Positions 10,001 through 19,700 of a stretch of 64,000 bases of DNA are shown one piece after another. This stretch comes from an uncultured candidate division Zixibacteria bacterium. GTDB taxonomy: Bacteria > Zixibacteria > MSB-5A5 > GN15 > PGXB01. How positions within the stretch are numbered: the first letter of the stretch is position 1; each line of letters begins with the position of its first letter. Below the pieces are notes generated by a model. It had not been told where the DNA came from and made no database searches. It was given only the letters and a program-made list of their open reading frames with translations. The translations under genes were made by a program, and so were the position numbers. The DNA lies in the NCBI GenBank assembly GCA_963702205.1, contig OY969724.1, forward strand, positions 352,001-416,000, read 5' to 3'.

Positions 10001-12977
10001 CCTGCTCGGAAGCGTTGCCGCCGATATTGGAAAAAGTATTCCCGTAGGCATGAATGACACCGGTCCGGTCGGGAGCGGGTTTACCGCGTAGGGCGATCGA
10101 ACCGTTGCAGTCGTGGACGTTATTATCGGCAAAAGTAAGGGTCGTGAACGGCAGATGACTGGCGCCGTCGCCGCTGCCGGATTCGATGTCCATCACCGCC
10201 CATCCGAGAATATTCAGGAATTCATTGTTGGTTACGGTCAGCGTGCCGGTCAGATTCTGTCCGAGAAATCCCTGCCTGCCGGACGTATTTTCACCGTCAA
10301 GCACACAATTGTTTATGACAAAATTATCTATCGACCCTCCGTTATCCATATCGAAAATACCGTCACCCGACGGTGCGACACCGGAAATCGACAGATTCTC
10401 GAAAGTCAGACCGTCGATTGCCGCCGATTGCAGGAAGCGGACACCGCCCGTAACAAGCGGACGAATGAACGGATTGCCGGATATAACCAAACCGTTTTTG
10501 TTATATTCCGAACCGAGCAGGATGCTTTCGGCGTACGATCCGTCCTCGACGAATATCTCGAAAACTTCGGCATTGTCGACGGCTTCGTTGATCCGTCCGC
10601 TGGCGCCGCTCTGGGGACTGTCGTCATCGACGTATACCAGCGCCAGCGACGGCTGAAAGCCGGTCGTCCCGAGGTCACCGTCGGTCCCGCTCGAAAGCCA
10701 CGGCGTATAGTCGATGTTGCCGTCGAGCATGGGCACAATGTCGACCGGGTCGGTGCTGCCGTACCAATTGTACGATACATCCTGCGTCGCCGCCGCATTG
10801 GTGGCAAAACTATAAACATTGTTTGCCAGATTATTTTCGTGAATGTTGGCGGTTACCGTCCCGCCGACCTCCCACGTCGACACCGGATAGGTCCAGTCTG
10901 AGAAAATGCAGTTTGTCACCGTGTACGAAACCGGTCCCACGGCATAAGCGTAGACACCGTAGCTTTCGGTCGCGCCGGTTCCGTAAAATTCGCTGTTGTG
11001 CAAAGTTACTGCGATAGCCGCCTTCTCTCCCGAAATCAGGTCTTCGGGAGCCATCGGACTGGCCTCGACAAACTGCTTGAGCGAAGTCGTGGCGCTCTTG
11101 GCCGACGTGCTGTATGCGATCGAGGCTTCCCCTGTCGGGCCGGTCACCACGCCGCCGTTAAACTCACAATCGCCGTCCTGAATATAAATACTCGTCTGGC
11201 ACTGATCGATCGTGATATTATTGGCCACGGCCGAGCCATAGACGAGAAAGCCGGAAGCCGTATACGACGCTCCGGTGTAATCGACCAGGCTGATATCGCA
11301 GTTGTCCACGGTTGCCGTCACGCCGCTGCCGATCTGAATTCCGTTTTGCGCCGTGACCCCGGTCGGACCCTCGCCGATGGTCGTGATATTGTCCAGGTTG
11401 GCAGTATATCCGGAGCCATTGATGGCCACCGCCGTCTTCTGGAAATCATCGACCAGTATATCGGACAGGGCGATATCGTATGGCCCGCCGGTATTATTGT
11501 ATGAGTACACACCGACACCGTGCTGCGCCCCGCTGAAGGTGCTGTTCATGATGTTTAAAATTTTGATATTGTCGGCGCTGCAACCGGCGTTCCATATCCC
11601 CAGTCCGACAAACCGGTAATTGCCGTCGCCCTGATGGTCACCGTCGATAGTCAGCGTGGAAATCGTGGCCGCGGCGGCGTCGACAAAAACGACCGGGTAG
11701 TTATTGTACGAACCGGTGGCGAACGATGCCGTCATCGCGGCGGGTGACTTGATGACGACGTTGTCGATGTCCGCGCCGGTCAGGGTCAGATTGTCGATCG
11801 TGATATGAACCTGTTCGGTATAGGTGCCGTCGGCAATCTCGATATAGTCTCCCCCCGAGGATGCCTCCACCGCCGTCTGGACAAAATCGTAATGGTTGTC
11901 GTCCAAAGGCCAGTCAACCACGACATACCAGACGTTACCGGTGCCTTCCTGGCCCGGTTGATCGCGCTCGGACGTGAAGAAGATGTAGGACGTCCCGCCG
12001 TTGTCGGTAAATCCTTTCGGCCACATTTCACCCCAGGTATTGCCGCCGTAGCTCGCCGCCGACAGATTTTTGGGTGTCGTTCCTGATAATATGCTCGTCA
12101 GGGTACCGCTCGTGCGGTACTCCAGCCACTGGTATGACCAGTCGGCCGGCATAGTGGCGCTGGCGAAAACATAATCTCCGCCCACCTTCACCAGCGTCGG
12201 GTCATAGGCCCGGGGTGTCGAAGCGTTGTCGACCATAATCCAGCCGTTGGTGGGAGCGTTATAATTATAGATATAGCTGTTGTGATTGCTGAAAATGACC
12301 AGGTACAAATAGGTTCCTTCGACAAAAAACCGGGCCAGCCCCCCGACTATGGAGCCGTCGACCAGTAACGGATTCGACCATGAGGCCTCCAGTTCGGGAC
12401 TGGATGCCGCCCGGCTGGTGTAAAAGTGGCTGTTGCCGGTAACCTGCCAGAGCTTGCCATCGAAGGTTATCTCATCGTGATGGGCCTGTCCGTCGCCGAA
12501 CGGCGTGGCGGCATCCACCAGATCCTCCGACTGCGTCCAGGTGGTTCCACCATCCGACGTGTACCAACCGTACAAATTACATTTATCACCGTCCGCAGCC
12601 GGATTCGGGTCTATCGATGCAAAGACCCAGATCTTGCCGCCGAATATTGCCGCCCCCAATTCACCCAGATATGAACCCGTGGCCCCGGAAATCGCCACCG
12701 GTGAGGCCGTGACCAAACCGGGAATTGTTGAGGCTTTCTTGTAATGGATTTCATAATCGTGGGTATCGGGATTATCGTTTTGATAATTCCCCGTCACCGA
12801 TGCCGAACGTCCGTAGAACATCCAGTAATCGGATCCGTCGAATACTACCGTTTCGCCTCGTTCGTAATAGCCGTCCGACGTTACCTGAATCGGCTGGGTG
12901 ACGTAACGAGTGTCTGCCAGAGCCGCTGCCGTCAATAAGCAGATCATAAGCGTCAGCTTAAAAATAATTCGCTTCAT
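4098..12977 (-). CDS. Giant secreted/surface protein (2959 aa): N-terminal propeller-like region, multiple right-handed parallel beta-helix domains, C-terminal dockerin-like pair
   Basis: Signal peptide MKRIIFKLTL...AALA; Asp-box-like SDGGTTW; Asn/Gly-rich beta-helix repeats; two NLLDILxLI EF-hand-like motifs near the C-terminus; GGGGGA RBS. Confidence 0.85.
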   Translation of the reverse strand: MKRIIFKLTLMICLLTAAALADTRYVTQPIQVTSDGYYERGETVVFDGSDYWMFYGRSASVTGNYQNDNPDTHDYEIHYKKASTIPGLVTASPVAISGATGSYLGELGAAIFGGKIWVFASIDPNPAADGDKCNLYGWYTSDGGTTWTQSEDLVDAATPFGDGQAHHDEITFDGKLWQVTGNSHFYTSRAASSPELEASWSNPLLVDGSIVGGLARFFVEGTYLYLVIFSNHNSYIYNYNAPTNGWIMVDNASTPRAYDPTLVKVGGDYVFASATMPADWSYQWLEYRTSGTLTSILSGTTPKNLSAASYGGNTWGEMWPKGFTDNGGTSYIFFTSERDQPGQEGTGNVWYVVVDWPLDDNHYDFVQTAVEASSGGDYIEIADGTYTEQVHITIDNLTLTGADIDNVVIKSPAAMTASFATGSYNNYPVVFVDAAAATISTLTIDGDHQGDGNYRFVGLGIWNAGCSADNIKILNIMNSTFSGAQHGVGVYSYNNTGGPYDIALSDILVDDFQKTAVAINGSGYTANLDNITTIGEGPTGVTAQNGIQIGSGVTATVDNCDISLVDYTGASYTASGFLVYGSAVANNITIDQCQTSIYIQDGDCEFNGGVVTGPTGEASIAYSTSAKSATTSLKQFVEASPMAPEDLISGEKAAIAVTLHNSEFYGTGATESYGVYAYAVGPVSYTVTNCIFSDWTYPVSTWEVGGTVTANIHENNLANNVYSFATNAAATQDVSYNWYGSTDPVDIVPMLDGNIDYTPWLSSGTDGDLGTTGFQPSLALVYVDDDSPQSGASGRINEAVDNAEVFEIFVEDGSYAESILLGSEYNKNGLVISGNPFIRPLVTGGVRFLQSAAIDGLTFENLSISGVAPSGDGIFDMDNGGSIDNFVINNCVLDGENTSGRQGFLGQNLTGTLTVTNNEFLNILGWAVMDIESGSGDGASHLPFTTLTFADNNVHDCNGSIALRGKPAPDRTGVIHAYGNTFSNIGGNASEQGQHWSALEVNHAETAEIYDNDVDDVSEGEWGEGEAFQFWDVGTLDMHDNTITNNFQGIYIYGGGSAPYGGPYPAPGGSIYHNTITGNDQYGVSVDAAATGGPLMAENNYWGALLCQDIQPMIDGNVDFDPWCNSDFSTCTFTCTVTEVWVDDDWVGSTEGQDLGGGVYFGYNGFATVQGGVDAVASSGTVHILAGSYTEQVHIAKTDLSLLGAGLADVTVMSPAALTASFPTGTNNNFPVIFVDGVDAAISGITIDGANQGDANYRFVGIGFWNGGGSFTDAKIINIMNSTFSGAQHGVGIYTYNNTGGPYNLAIENVVVDDFQKTAVAIGGTGLTASLDNVTTIGEGPTSVTAQNGIQISAGVSATVDNCNISLIDYTGATWTASGFLVFGNAVATGVNIDQCQTSIYVQDADCVFDGGMITNPTYDASVAFSTGAKSSGTLSKKLLPAQAYDAELVQSAEKSPVDVTISNSTFTGTGATDSYGVYAYASGPITYTVNNCIFSGWTVAVSTWEDGGTVTAEVHENKFSGCDYGLATNAAAVQNGSNNYFGAVDGATVTAMVDGDFDFTPYLATGTDVPPGFMADYGTLYVEAASVQSGTTGRISEGVTDVDEDGTVYVNEGLYAENAAVDKSVSVIGLSSSKGVAEVSPGSGIGVDISSSDVTVQNLTIHGVSSGIQAYLSQLEYAVDFGYQDIQILDNTIYDVSDGSHGFAIAMGTESERYDPSDPLGIYDASLTDLLDFSGLLISGNEIYNTSGAAVLLQSMRPHTGGSLEFAGNNVHNTTMSALWIDAVWALNITGNDMLDNGNGVFLSNYGDGYYEGNENNGYDPKVIVGTGNTITGNSGSGIALYDGFPALIDFNNNTIHDNGTNYLNFLTTSADAQNNYWGALLCPDIQSGISGNVDFDPWCNSDFSYCGFSCALTEVWVDDNYCETCVNDGHFWGYDAFATVQGGIDAVGDGGTVHVLEGVYPEQAIVTKNITVSGTPGATMEPPTGGLSGYTIPESGSTFYPMLFAYGGTNDGSNNISGAATIEAVISGLTFDGNNSATIDRFVGTLIRNCDGASEASGNVYRELLYASGNPQTFGILVYGNSSVDVSGNTVDDWTRGGIGIMGDDATLPDPTAQVHDNIVTGEGPLPDGSWAQNGIQISYGAVGTIYGNEVSAIKYIPDTWAASAINIYSPGSGVVVQGNNVHDCEAMVYLTYCINAVVDDNNVFDNNEFMMVYGGNGVTVDGNQFTSNDMAVYVADASGVTVSDNNFNGNDYAFLCDGTSSNISVTGNDFVANTGVAAYVDEYGGMEPANVHINFNNFTGNALAVENLITGLLDAAGNWWGDISGPSISTKSGTTHETISRPMASNAIDGPEAARAAGRTISATEPSEGDNASASEAPGTGDAITTNVDYSPWWGANYVGSSHSSPWNWYLNNSNNSRIQEGVDFAGDGDNVHVSTEVYTRPVNIDGRSGLTFIGGGRNSTFYKPSTTIGWNVASYGTSRQTAMRIVNSTDITFQGMNFNYNDIKANNTFGFLYWNSSGELSESNLLNMNVPDASGGYYEMMIYARAVEPEYSNANRVHLNFINNEFINSGRIAIVTHDWVDVDITGNTFSKTIADFGYGLEIGSASTGEIRSNAFHGFNTWALTDKSNSAAIYIENSFTMGQGPLTKTVTVDQNEIYDCQYGIYIGNSFAGYTGNVDLVANVTGNDIHDNMTTGSETSGGFVVVDEGADAGSSVTVNMSGNQFTNDGDYGGLIYTNGNGAITTQMTDNFFVDNIKGLSVKDYGTSTNGTYDLTIYHNTFENNLNAEDDASGGYWDDGVSEGNCWSDFAGALGDPYPIIGTAGTIDRYPNVSCGASCDCTPGNADGESALNLLDILYLIASVYQDGPDPVPYELCSGDANCDCEINLLDILTLIDNVYNEGDPLCTCGQWLGNCHLPVREEVVTPTTPIVIEASAAQSTTTTTQTTNAKATAQACQ

Positions 12978-13296
12978 CTTGATCCCCCGTTAAAATGTGC
13001 GACGACGGTCAATTCACCGTCTCAATTTAATTTTTTAGGACCGGCAGATGCAGATTTACTCTCGAAATTCAAAGACAAATGGATTTGTGAGTACATCCGG
13101 ATTACGGAGTGTACTTTTGGCAGTTAGAATAAATGAAAGACATCACCTCCCATGCTAATTTTCAGGTCGTTAAAAACACATAAATAGACTTCTATTTTGA
13201 TGCATATTTTTTTCAAGAGTCATAGTCCCGGTATGACTTCAGTTGTAATCAGGCAAAATAGTCGGGTCGTGCTCTAACCCTGGAAATTACATATTT

Positions 13297-13325
13297 AGTA
13301 TACGCAAAAGCCCCACTTGTGTCAA
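13297..13325 (-). promoter_or_regulatory. Sigma70-type promoter for the 2959-aa gene
   Basis: Minus strand TTGACA-17 nt-TATACT; implies a ~310-nt 5' leader. Confidence 0.65.
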
Positions 13326-13668
13326 GTTTATATAATTGCGCCCGAGACGGCCTTAATTGACCAGAATTGTCTCATTTAAGAACGGCATATATAATAATCT
13401 ATTTTGCAATATGACTATTTCAAAATAGAATACATTTTATATTAATATTAAAGGCCTGACAAACCAATCCAAAACCGTTGTAACACCAGGCTTTTTCGTG
13501 ACCGGCATAAAATAGATATGTTATTGAATACCAATACAATAAAAGGCATATTATAATACTACGACAATTGACGGTTAATTTCCCCCCGAATTGACCCGAT
13601 TGGCACTCAAAATGCTTAAGTTAATTTGTGAAAATTTTAACAAGAGACCTTTGTTAAGGAATACTGAA

Positions 13669-14955
13669 ATGGAAAGACAATCATATAATCCATTTAACAT
13701 GGCCCAGAAGCAGTTCGACAAGGTTGCCGGAACCCTCGATCTGGACCAGGCTACCCGCGACCTGCTGCGTAACCCGATACGCGAGTATCAGTTCAGCATC
13801 CCGGTTAAAATGGACGACGGCTCCACCCGGATTTTCCGGGGATTCCGCGTCCAGCACAATGACTCCCGGGGTCCATGTAAAGGCGGCATCCGTTTCCACC
13901 CTCAGGAAACAATCGATACCGTCCGCGCCCTTTCAATGTGGATGACATGGAAATGCGCCGTAGTCGATATCCCTCTCGGCGGCGGCAAAGGCGGCGTCGT
14001 CTGTGATCCTCACAATCTCAGCAGCAGCGAACAGGAACGGCTCTGTCGGGGCTGGGTACGGCAGTTGGCCAGGAACGTCGGTCCGCTGTCGGATGTTCCC
14101 GCGCCCGATGTCATGACCAATGCCCAGCACATGCTCTGGATGCTCGACGAATACGAAGCCATCCACGGCAGCAAATATCCCGGCTTTATCACCGGCAAAC
14201 CGGTCGGGATGGGCGGCTCACTGGGTCGAACCGAAGCCACCGGCTACGGCGTTATATACCTCGTACGCGAGGCGCTGCGCGCGATGAACGTCCGCCCCGA
14301 AGACACCGTCGCCGCAGTTCAGGGGTTCGGCAATGTATCTCAGTACGCCATTCAGCTCTACCAGCAAATGGGCGGTAAGGTAGTTTGCGTTTCCTGCTGG
14401 GATCAAAACGACCAGGTTTCGTATTCATACAAGAAAAAGGACGGGATAGACCTGAACCAGCTTCTGACCATAACCGACCGCTTCGGTGGTATAGACAAAA
14501 GCAAGGCCAAAGACCTCGGGTACGAAATACTTCCGGGCGACGCCTGGATCGAACAGGACGTGGACATCCTGATTCCGGCGGCGCTGGAAAACCAGGTCAA
14601 CGAGGAGACGGTTAAAAAGATCGGGCCCAATGTGAAAATTATCGCCGAAGGCGCCAACGGCCCAACGACGCCGGAAGCCGACGCCGTCCTGCACGAACGC
14701 AAAATCTTCGTCCTGCCCGACTTTCTGGCCAACGCCGGCGGAGTTACGTGCAGCTATTTCGAGCAGGTCCAGAGCAATATGAATTATTTCTGGGAAAAAG
14801 ATGAAGTCCTCGGCAAGCTCGATGTCAAAATGACGTCGGCTTTTCAGGGAGTTTATGACCTCGCGCAAAGGCGCAATCTGTACATGCGCGACGCGGCCTA
14901 TACGATTTCGATCGCGCGGGTTGCCCAGGCCTGCCGCGAGAGAGGATGGGTATAA
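13669..14955 (+). CDS. gdhA: Glutamate dehydrogenase (Glu/Leu/Phe/Val dehydrogenase family)
   Basis: GPCKGGIRFHP, GGGKGG, PAPDV, ITGKP..GGSLGRTEATGYG, QGFGNV, EGANGP, NAGGV; ATG at 13669 follows AAGGA. Confidence 0.93.
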   Translation: MERQSYNPFNMAQKQFDKVAGTLDLDQATRDLLRNPIREYQFSIPVKMDDGSTRIFRGFRVQHNDSRGPCKGGIRFHPQETIDTVRALSMWMTWKCAVVDIPLGGGKGGVVCDPHNLSSSEQERLCRGWVRQLARNVGPLSDVPAPDVMTNAQHMLWMLDEYEAIHGSKYPGFITGKPVGMGGSLGRTEATGYGVIYLVREALRAMNVRPEDTVAAVQGFGNVSQYAIQLYQQMGGKVVCVSCWDQNDQVSYSYKKKDGIDLNQLLTITDRFGGIDKSKAKDLGYEILPGDAWIEQDVDILIPAALENQVNEETVKKIGPNVKIIAEGANGPTTPEADAVLHERKIFVLPDFLANAGGVTCSYFEQVQSNMNYFWEKDEVLGKLDVKMTSAFQGVYDLAQRRNLYMRDAAYTISIARVAQACRERGWV

Positions 14956-14964
14956 GTACATTAG

Positions 14965-16719
14965 ATGACCGGATCCCGACCGACATATACAGCCGAAACG
15001 CTGCCCCGCTTTGACCGGAGATTTTTCGATTCCGATAATGTCATAAGCTGCATCGGGTCCGGATCCATTGGCGGCAAGGCCTCCGGTCTGGCATTCATAA
15101 ACGATTTCCTCGCCCGGGCCGATATCCCCCGCGATTTCCCCGGGCTTCAAATTTCGATACCCCGCCTGGTCGCTGTCGCCGGCGGGGTTTTCGATCAGTT
15201 CATGGAGCGCAACTCACTCTATAGTCTTCTCGATGAGACCAACCTGTCCGACCTTAAGATAGCCGTCGCTTTCCAGAAGGGCCACCTTCCCGCTGAAATA
15301 GTCGGCGACCTGCGGGCCCTCATCGCCGGGGTCAGGACCCCGCTGGCGGTGCGGTCGTCATCGGTGCTTGAAGACGCTCTCCACGAACCGTTCGCCGGGG
15401 TATATGTCACCAAGATGCTGCCCAACAATCAACCCGACGCCGACGCGCGATTTCGAAAACTGACCGAAGCAATCAAGTTCGTCTACGCGTCGACCTTTTT
15501 CAAAAACGCCCGCGATTACCGCTTCGCCATCGGCAAAAACAATGTCGATGAAAAAATGGCCGTGATCATACAGCAGGTCGTGGGACAAAAATACGGTGGC
15601 CGGTTCTATCCGCACGTATCCGGCGTGGCGAGGTCATACAATTTCTACGCTTTCGGATCCGCCCGCCCCGATCAAGGCGTGGTCGATCTGGCGTTCGGGC
15701 TGGGCAAGACCATTGTCGACGGCGGCCTGGTCTGGACGTACTGCCCCGAATATCCTCAAAAACCGCCGCCGGTCGCCTCGACCAAAGCGCTGTTCAAGAC
15801 GACCCAGACCAAGTTCTGGGCGATCAACATGGGTCAGCCGCCGCAGTACGACCCCACCAAAGAAACCGAGTACATGGTGCAAACCTCGATTGACGACGCC
15901 GAGTACGACAACTCCCTGCGGTTTGTCGCCTCAACCTATCAGGCGGCCAACGACCGGCTGGTCATGGGTACCGGCGCTCCCGGTCCCCGGCTTCTGAATT
16001 TTGCGCCGCTTCTGAAAGCCTATTATTTCGATTTAAACCGGCTGTTGAAAAGGCTGATAAAGCTTTGCGAGGAGGCGCTCGGCGCCGAAGTCGAAATCGA
16101 ATTCGCCGCCAATATCGGAGGCGATGACAGTCCCACGTCGTTCGGATTTCTGCAGGTTCGACCGATGGTGGTCAGCCGCGAGGCGATCAATCTGTCCGAA
16201 GACGATCTGGATAATCCTGAAAACATCGCGGCGTCGGAACGGGTGCTCGGCAACGGGATTATTGAAAATATCTCGGATATAGTCTTTGTCGATCCTGATG
16301 CTTTCGCTCCGGACAAAACGACGCTCATCGCGGAGGAAATTTCCCGCATGAATCAAATGCTCGCCGCTCAGAAACGGCCGTATCTATTGATCGGATTCGG
16401 GCGCTGGGGTTCATCCGACCCGTGGCTGGGTATTCCGGTCGAGTGGAGCCAGATATCTTTCGCGCGGGCGATAGTCGAGGCGACCCTGCCCAACATGAAC
16501 GTCGAATTGAGCCAGGGCTCGCACTTCTTTCACAATTTAAGCAGTTTCCAAATATGCTATTTCTTAGTACATTATAACGGTCGATATAAAATAAAGTGGG
16601 ATAAGATCAAAGCCCGGAAAGAAATCGCCCGTACCGAGCACGTCTGCCACGTTCGTACCGAAAACAATCTGCGCGTGACGGTGGACGGGCGCTGCGGGCG
16701 CGGAGTAATTACGTTATGA
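14965..16719 (+). CDS. PEP/pyruvate-binding (PPDK N-terminal ATP-grasp) domain protein lacking the pyruvate-binding barrel
   Basis: IGGKASGL, PLAVRSSSVLED, FAGVY, MAVIIQQVVG, EIEFA..FLQVRP; C-terminal GRWGS and SQGSHFF motifs. Confidence 0.82.
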   Translation: MTGSRPTYTAETLPRFDRRFFDSDNVISCIGSGSIGGKASGLAFINDFLARADIPRDFPGLQISIPRLVAVAGGVFDQFMERNSLYSLLDETNLSDLKIAVAFQKGHLPAEIVGDLRALIAGVRTPLAVRSSSVLEDALHEPFAGVYVTKMLPNNQPDADARFRKLTEAIKFVYASTFFKNARDYRFAIGKNNVDEKMAVIIQQVVGQKYGGRFYPHVSGVARSYNFYAFGSARPDQGVVDLAFGLGKTIVDGGLVWTYCPEYPQKPPPVASTKALFKTTQTKFWAINMGQPPQYDPTKETEYMVQTSIDDAEYDNSLRFVASTYQAANDRLVMGTGAPGPRLLNFAPLLKAYYFDLNRLLKRLIKLCEEALGAEVEIEFAANIGGDDSPTSFGFLQVRPMVVSREAINLSEDDLDNPENIAASERVLGNGIIENISDIVFVDPDAFAPDKTTLIAEEISRMNQMLAAQKRPYLLIGFGRWGSSDPWLGIPVEWSQISFARAIVEATLPNMNVELSQGSHFFHNLSSFQICYFLVHYNGRYKIKWDKIKARKEIARTEHVCHVRTENNLRVTVDGRCGRGVITL

Positions 16720-19700
16720 CAAACGGCAGTGCCGACAACGATATAGACAAACTGCTCAGGTCGCTGCAGGAGCGCGCCAAGGAACTGAGCTGTATTTATC
16801 GGGTCGAGGAAATTCTGGCCGGACCGGATAAATCAATCGGTGAAGTTTGTCACAAAATAATCGAAGCGATTCCTCCCGGCTGGCAGTACCCCGATATATG
16901 TCAGGCCAAAATCGAGCTCGACGGAAAAACTTATACCAGTCCCGAATTTTCCGAAAGCACCTGGTCACAGAAAGCCGACATTATCGCCAACAATATCAGA
17001 ATCGGAAATATAAACGTCTATTATAGACAGGAAATGCCGCCGGCCGACCACGGTCCGTTCCTGAAAGAAGAGGCCAAGCTGATCGACACGATCGCCGAAA
17101 GACTGGGCAATTTCGTTATGCACAAGAAAATGCGCGAGATTGTCAACGAATGGGAGACGTCGCTTCGCAAAGGCCAGGACCGGCAGTGGCAGATTGTCCT
17201 GCAAATGCTCAAACAGACCGACAGCAATCTCTACCTCGCCATCGCCCGCAAAATGCTCAACTACCTGTGCTGGAACGGCATCTCCGAAGCGGAACAACTG
17301 CTCCAAACCAACAGCCCCAAAGAGCAGCTGGAAATTTCCGATGAACCCGAAACATGGAATCAGCCGCTCGAAAAACATCGCATCTGGATACAACCCGGTT
17401 ACGACATGAGGGTTTTCGAGATTGCAACGTCGCATTTCAGCGACGATCAGATTCTTGCGCTTATCAAAAAATGGATTCAGGAAGACAAACTTAGTTTCCT
17501 GGTGCAGGTGGTCAACCGCAACCTGACGCTGTCCGAAGTGTCCGACGCCATCCGTCGCTATTATCATCTGGCCGAAGAAGAAAAAGGGATCAAGTCGCCC
17601 AACCAGCGCGGAATACAGGTATCGCTCATCCGCCGCATTCTTTCGGATCAGCTCGATTATATCAACGTCGCAAAGAATTTCATAGAAATAAGCGATTTCT
17701 ATCACCTGCTGCAAAATGTCATTTTCACGGCGGAAAGCCACGGCCGTCTCGGCGGAAAAAGTGCCGGGCTGTATTTGGCTTCTCAGATTATCAAGAAGAA
17801 CCAGGCCGAGCACGACGTTTTGAACAATGTCAAAATCCCCAGGACGTGGCATATCACCTCCGACGTGCTTTTGCACTTCATGCATTTCAATAACTTCGAG
17901 GAAGTGGTCGAGACGAAGTACAAAGAGATCAATCAGGTGCGCCTGGAATACCCGCACATCGTCGAGACTTTCAAGCGGGCCAATTTCCCGGCCGACATCG
18001 CGCGGGGCTTGTCGATGGCGCTCGATGATTTCGGCGACGTTCCGCTCATAGTCCGGTCCTCGTCCCTGCTCGAAGACCGAGTCGGTGCGGCCTTTTCCGG
18101 TAAGTACAAAAGCCTCTTTCTGGCCAACGTCGGGACCAAGCCGGAGCGTATGGAAGCGCTGATGGATGCCATCGCCGAAGTGTACGCCTCGACTTTCAGC
18201 CCCGATCCGATCGAGTACCGCTCCGAACGCGGGCTGCTCGATTTCGGCGAAGAAATGGGGATTATCATACAGGAGGTGGTCGGCAAGAAGATCGGCCACT
18301 ATTTCGTACCGGCGTTTGCCGGGGTCGCTTTCAGCCGCAATGAATTCCGCTGGTCGCCGAGGATCAAGCGCGAGGACGGCCTGGTCCGCCTGGTGCCGGG
18401 TCTCGGGACGCGGGCGGTCGATCGGCTCAGCGACGATTATCCCGTCCTGTTCTCCCCCGGTCAGCCGGGCCTTCGGGTCAATATCGATCCGGAAGAAGTG
18501 CGCCGCTACTCCCCCAGGAAACTCGACGTCATCAATCTTAAGACGCGGCAGTTCGAGACCGTGGAGCTTCAGAAATTCGTGGAAGAAGTCGGCTCCGAAT
18601 ACCCGCTGTTGAACAAAATTATCTCAATATATAAAGACGGCCACATCAGCCGTCCGATCGGTCTCAATTTCGATTTTTCGTCGGATGAAATTGTCGGCAA
18701 CTTCGAGGGTCTGCTCAAGGACTCGCAGTTTGTATCACAGATAGGCCTGATTCTAAATATCCTCGAAAAAACTTTCGGCCGACCGGTCGATATCGAATTC
18801 GCGCACGACGGCGAATCGTTCTACCTGTTGCAGTGCCGGTCGCAAAGCTATTCCGAGGACAGCCAGCCCGCCCCGATACCGAAAGACATTCCACAGAACA
18901 AAATCCTCTTTTCGGCCAACAAGCACATCTCCAACGGGCGGGTACCGGACATAACGCACATCGTTTATGTCGATCCCGATGAGTACGCCCGCCTGGGCGG
19001 GCGCTCCGAAATGCTGGCGGTCGGACGCGCAGTCGGCAAGCTCAACAAGATATTACCAAAACGGCAGTTTGTACTTATGGGCCCCGGCCGTTGGGGTTCG
19101 CGCGGCGACATCAAACTGGGCGTCAGCGTGACCTATTCCGACATCAACAATTCCGCGGTCCTGATCGAAATCGCCCGCCAGAGAGGCAACTACCTGCCCG
19201 ACCTGTCATTCGGGACGCATTTTTTCCAGGACCTGGTGGAATCACAGATACGCTATCTGCCGCTCTATCCCGACGACGAAGCCATCATATTCAACGAGCG
19301 CTTTTTGAAGTCGGCCGATAACATCCTCGGTGAGGTGCTGCCCGACTACGCCAATATGAGCCCGGTCGTACGCTTGATCGACGTCCCGCGCACGTTTCCC
19401 GGTATGGTCCTGAGGGTTCTGATGAACGCCGACCTCGAAGAGGCGATCGGCGTCATCGGCGAGCCGTCGACCGACATCGAGCGCCAGTTGAAAAGCGCCA
19501 CGGTCGTCAAAGAACATCAGGACACCTTTTGGCGCTGGCGGTATCGCATGGTGGAGCGCATCGCCGAGGAGATGGAACCTTCGCGTTTCGGAATCAAGGC
19601 TCTCTATGTCTTCGGCAGTACCAAAAACGCCACGGCCGGACCGGGCTCGGATATCGATATACTGGTGCACGTCACCGGCGACGTTCAAAAAATGGACCTC

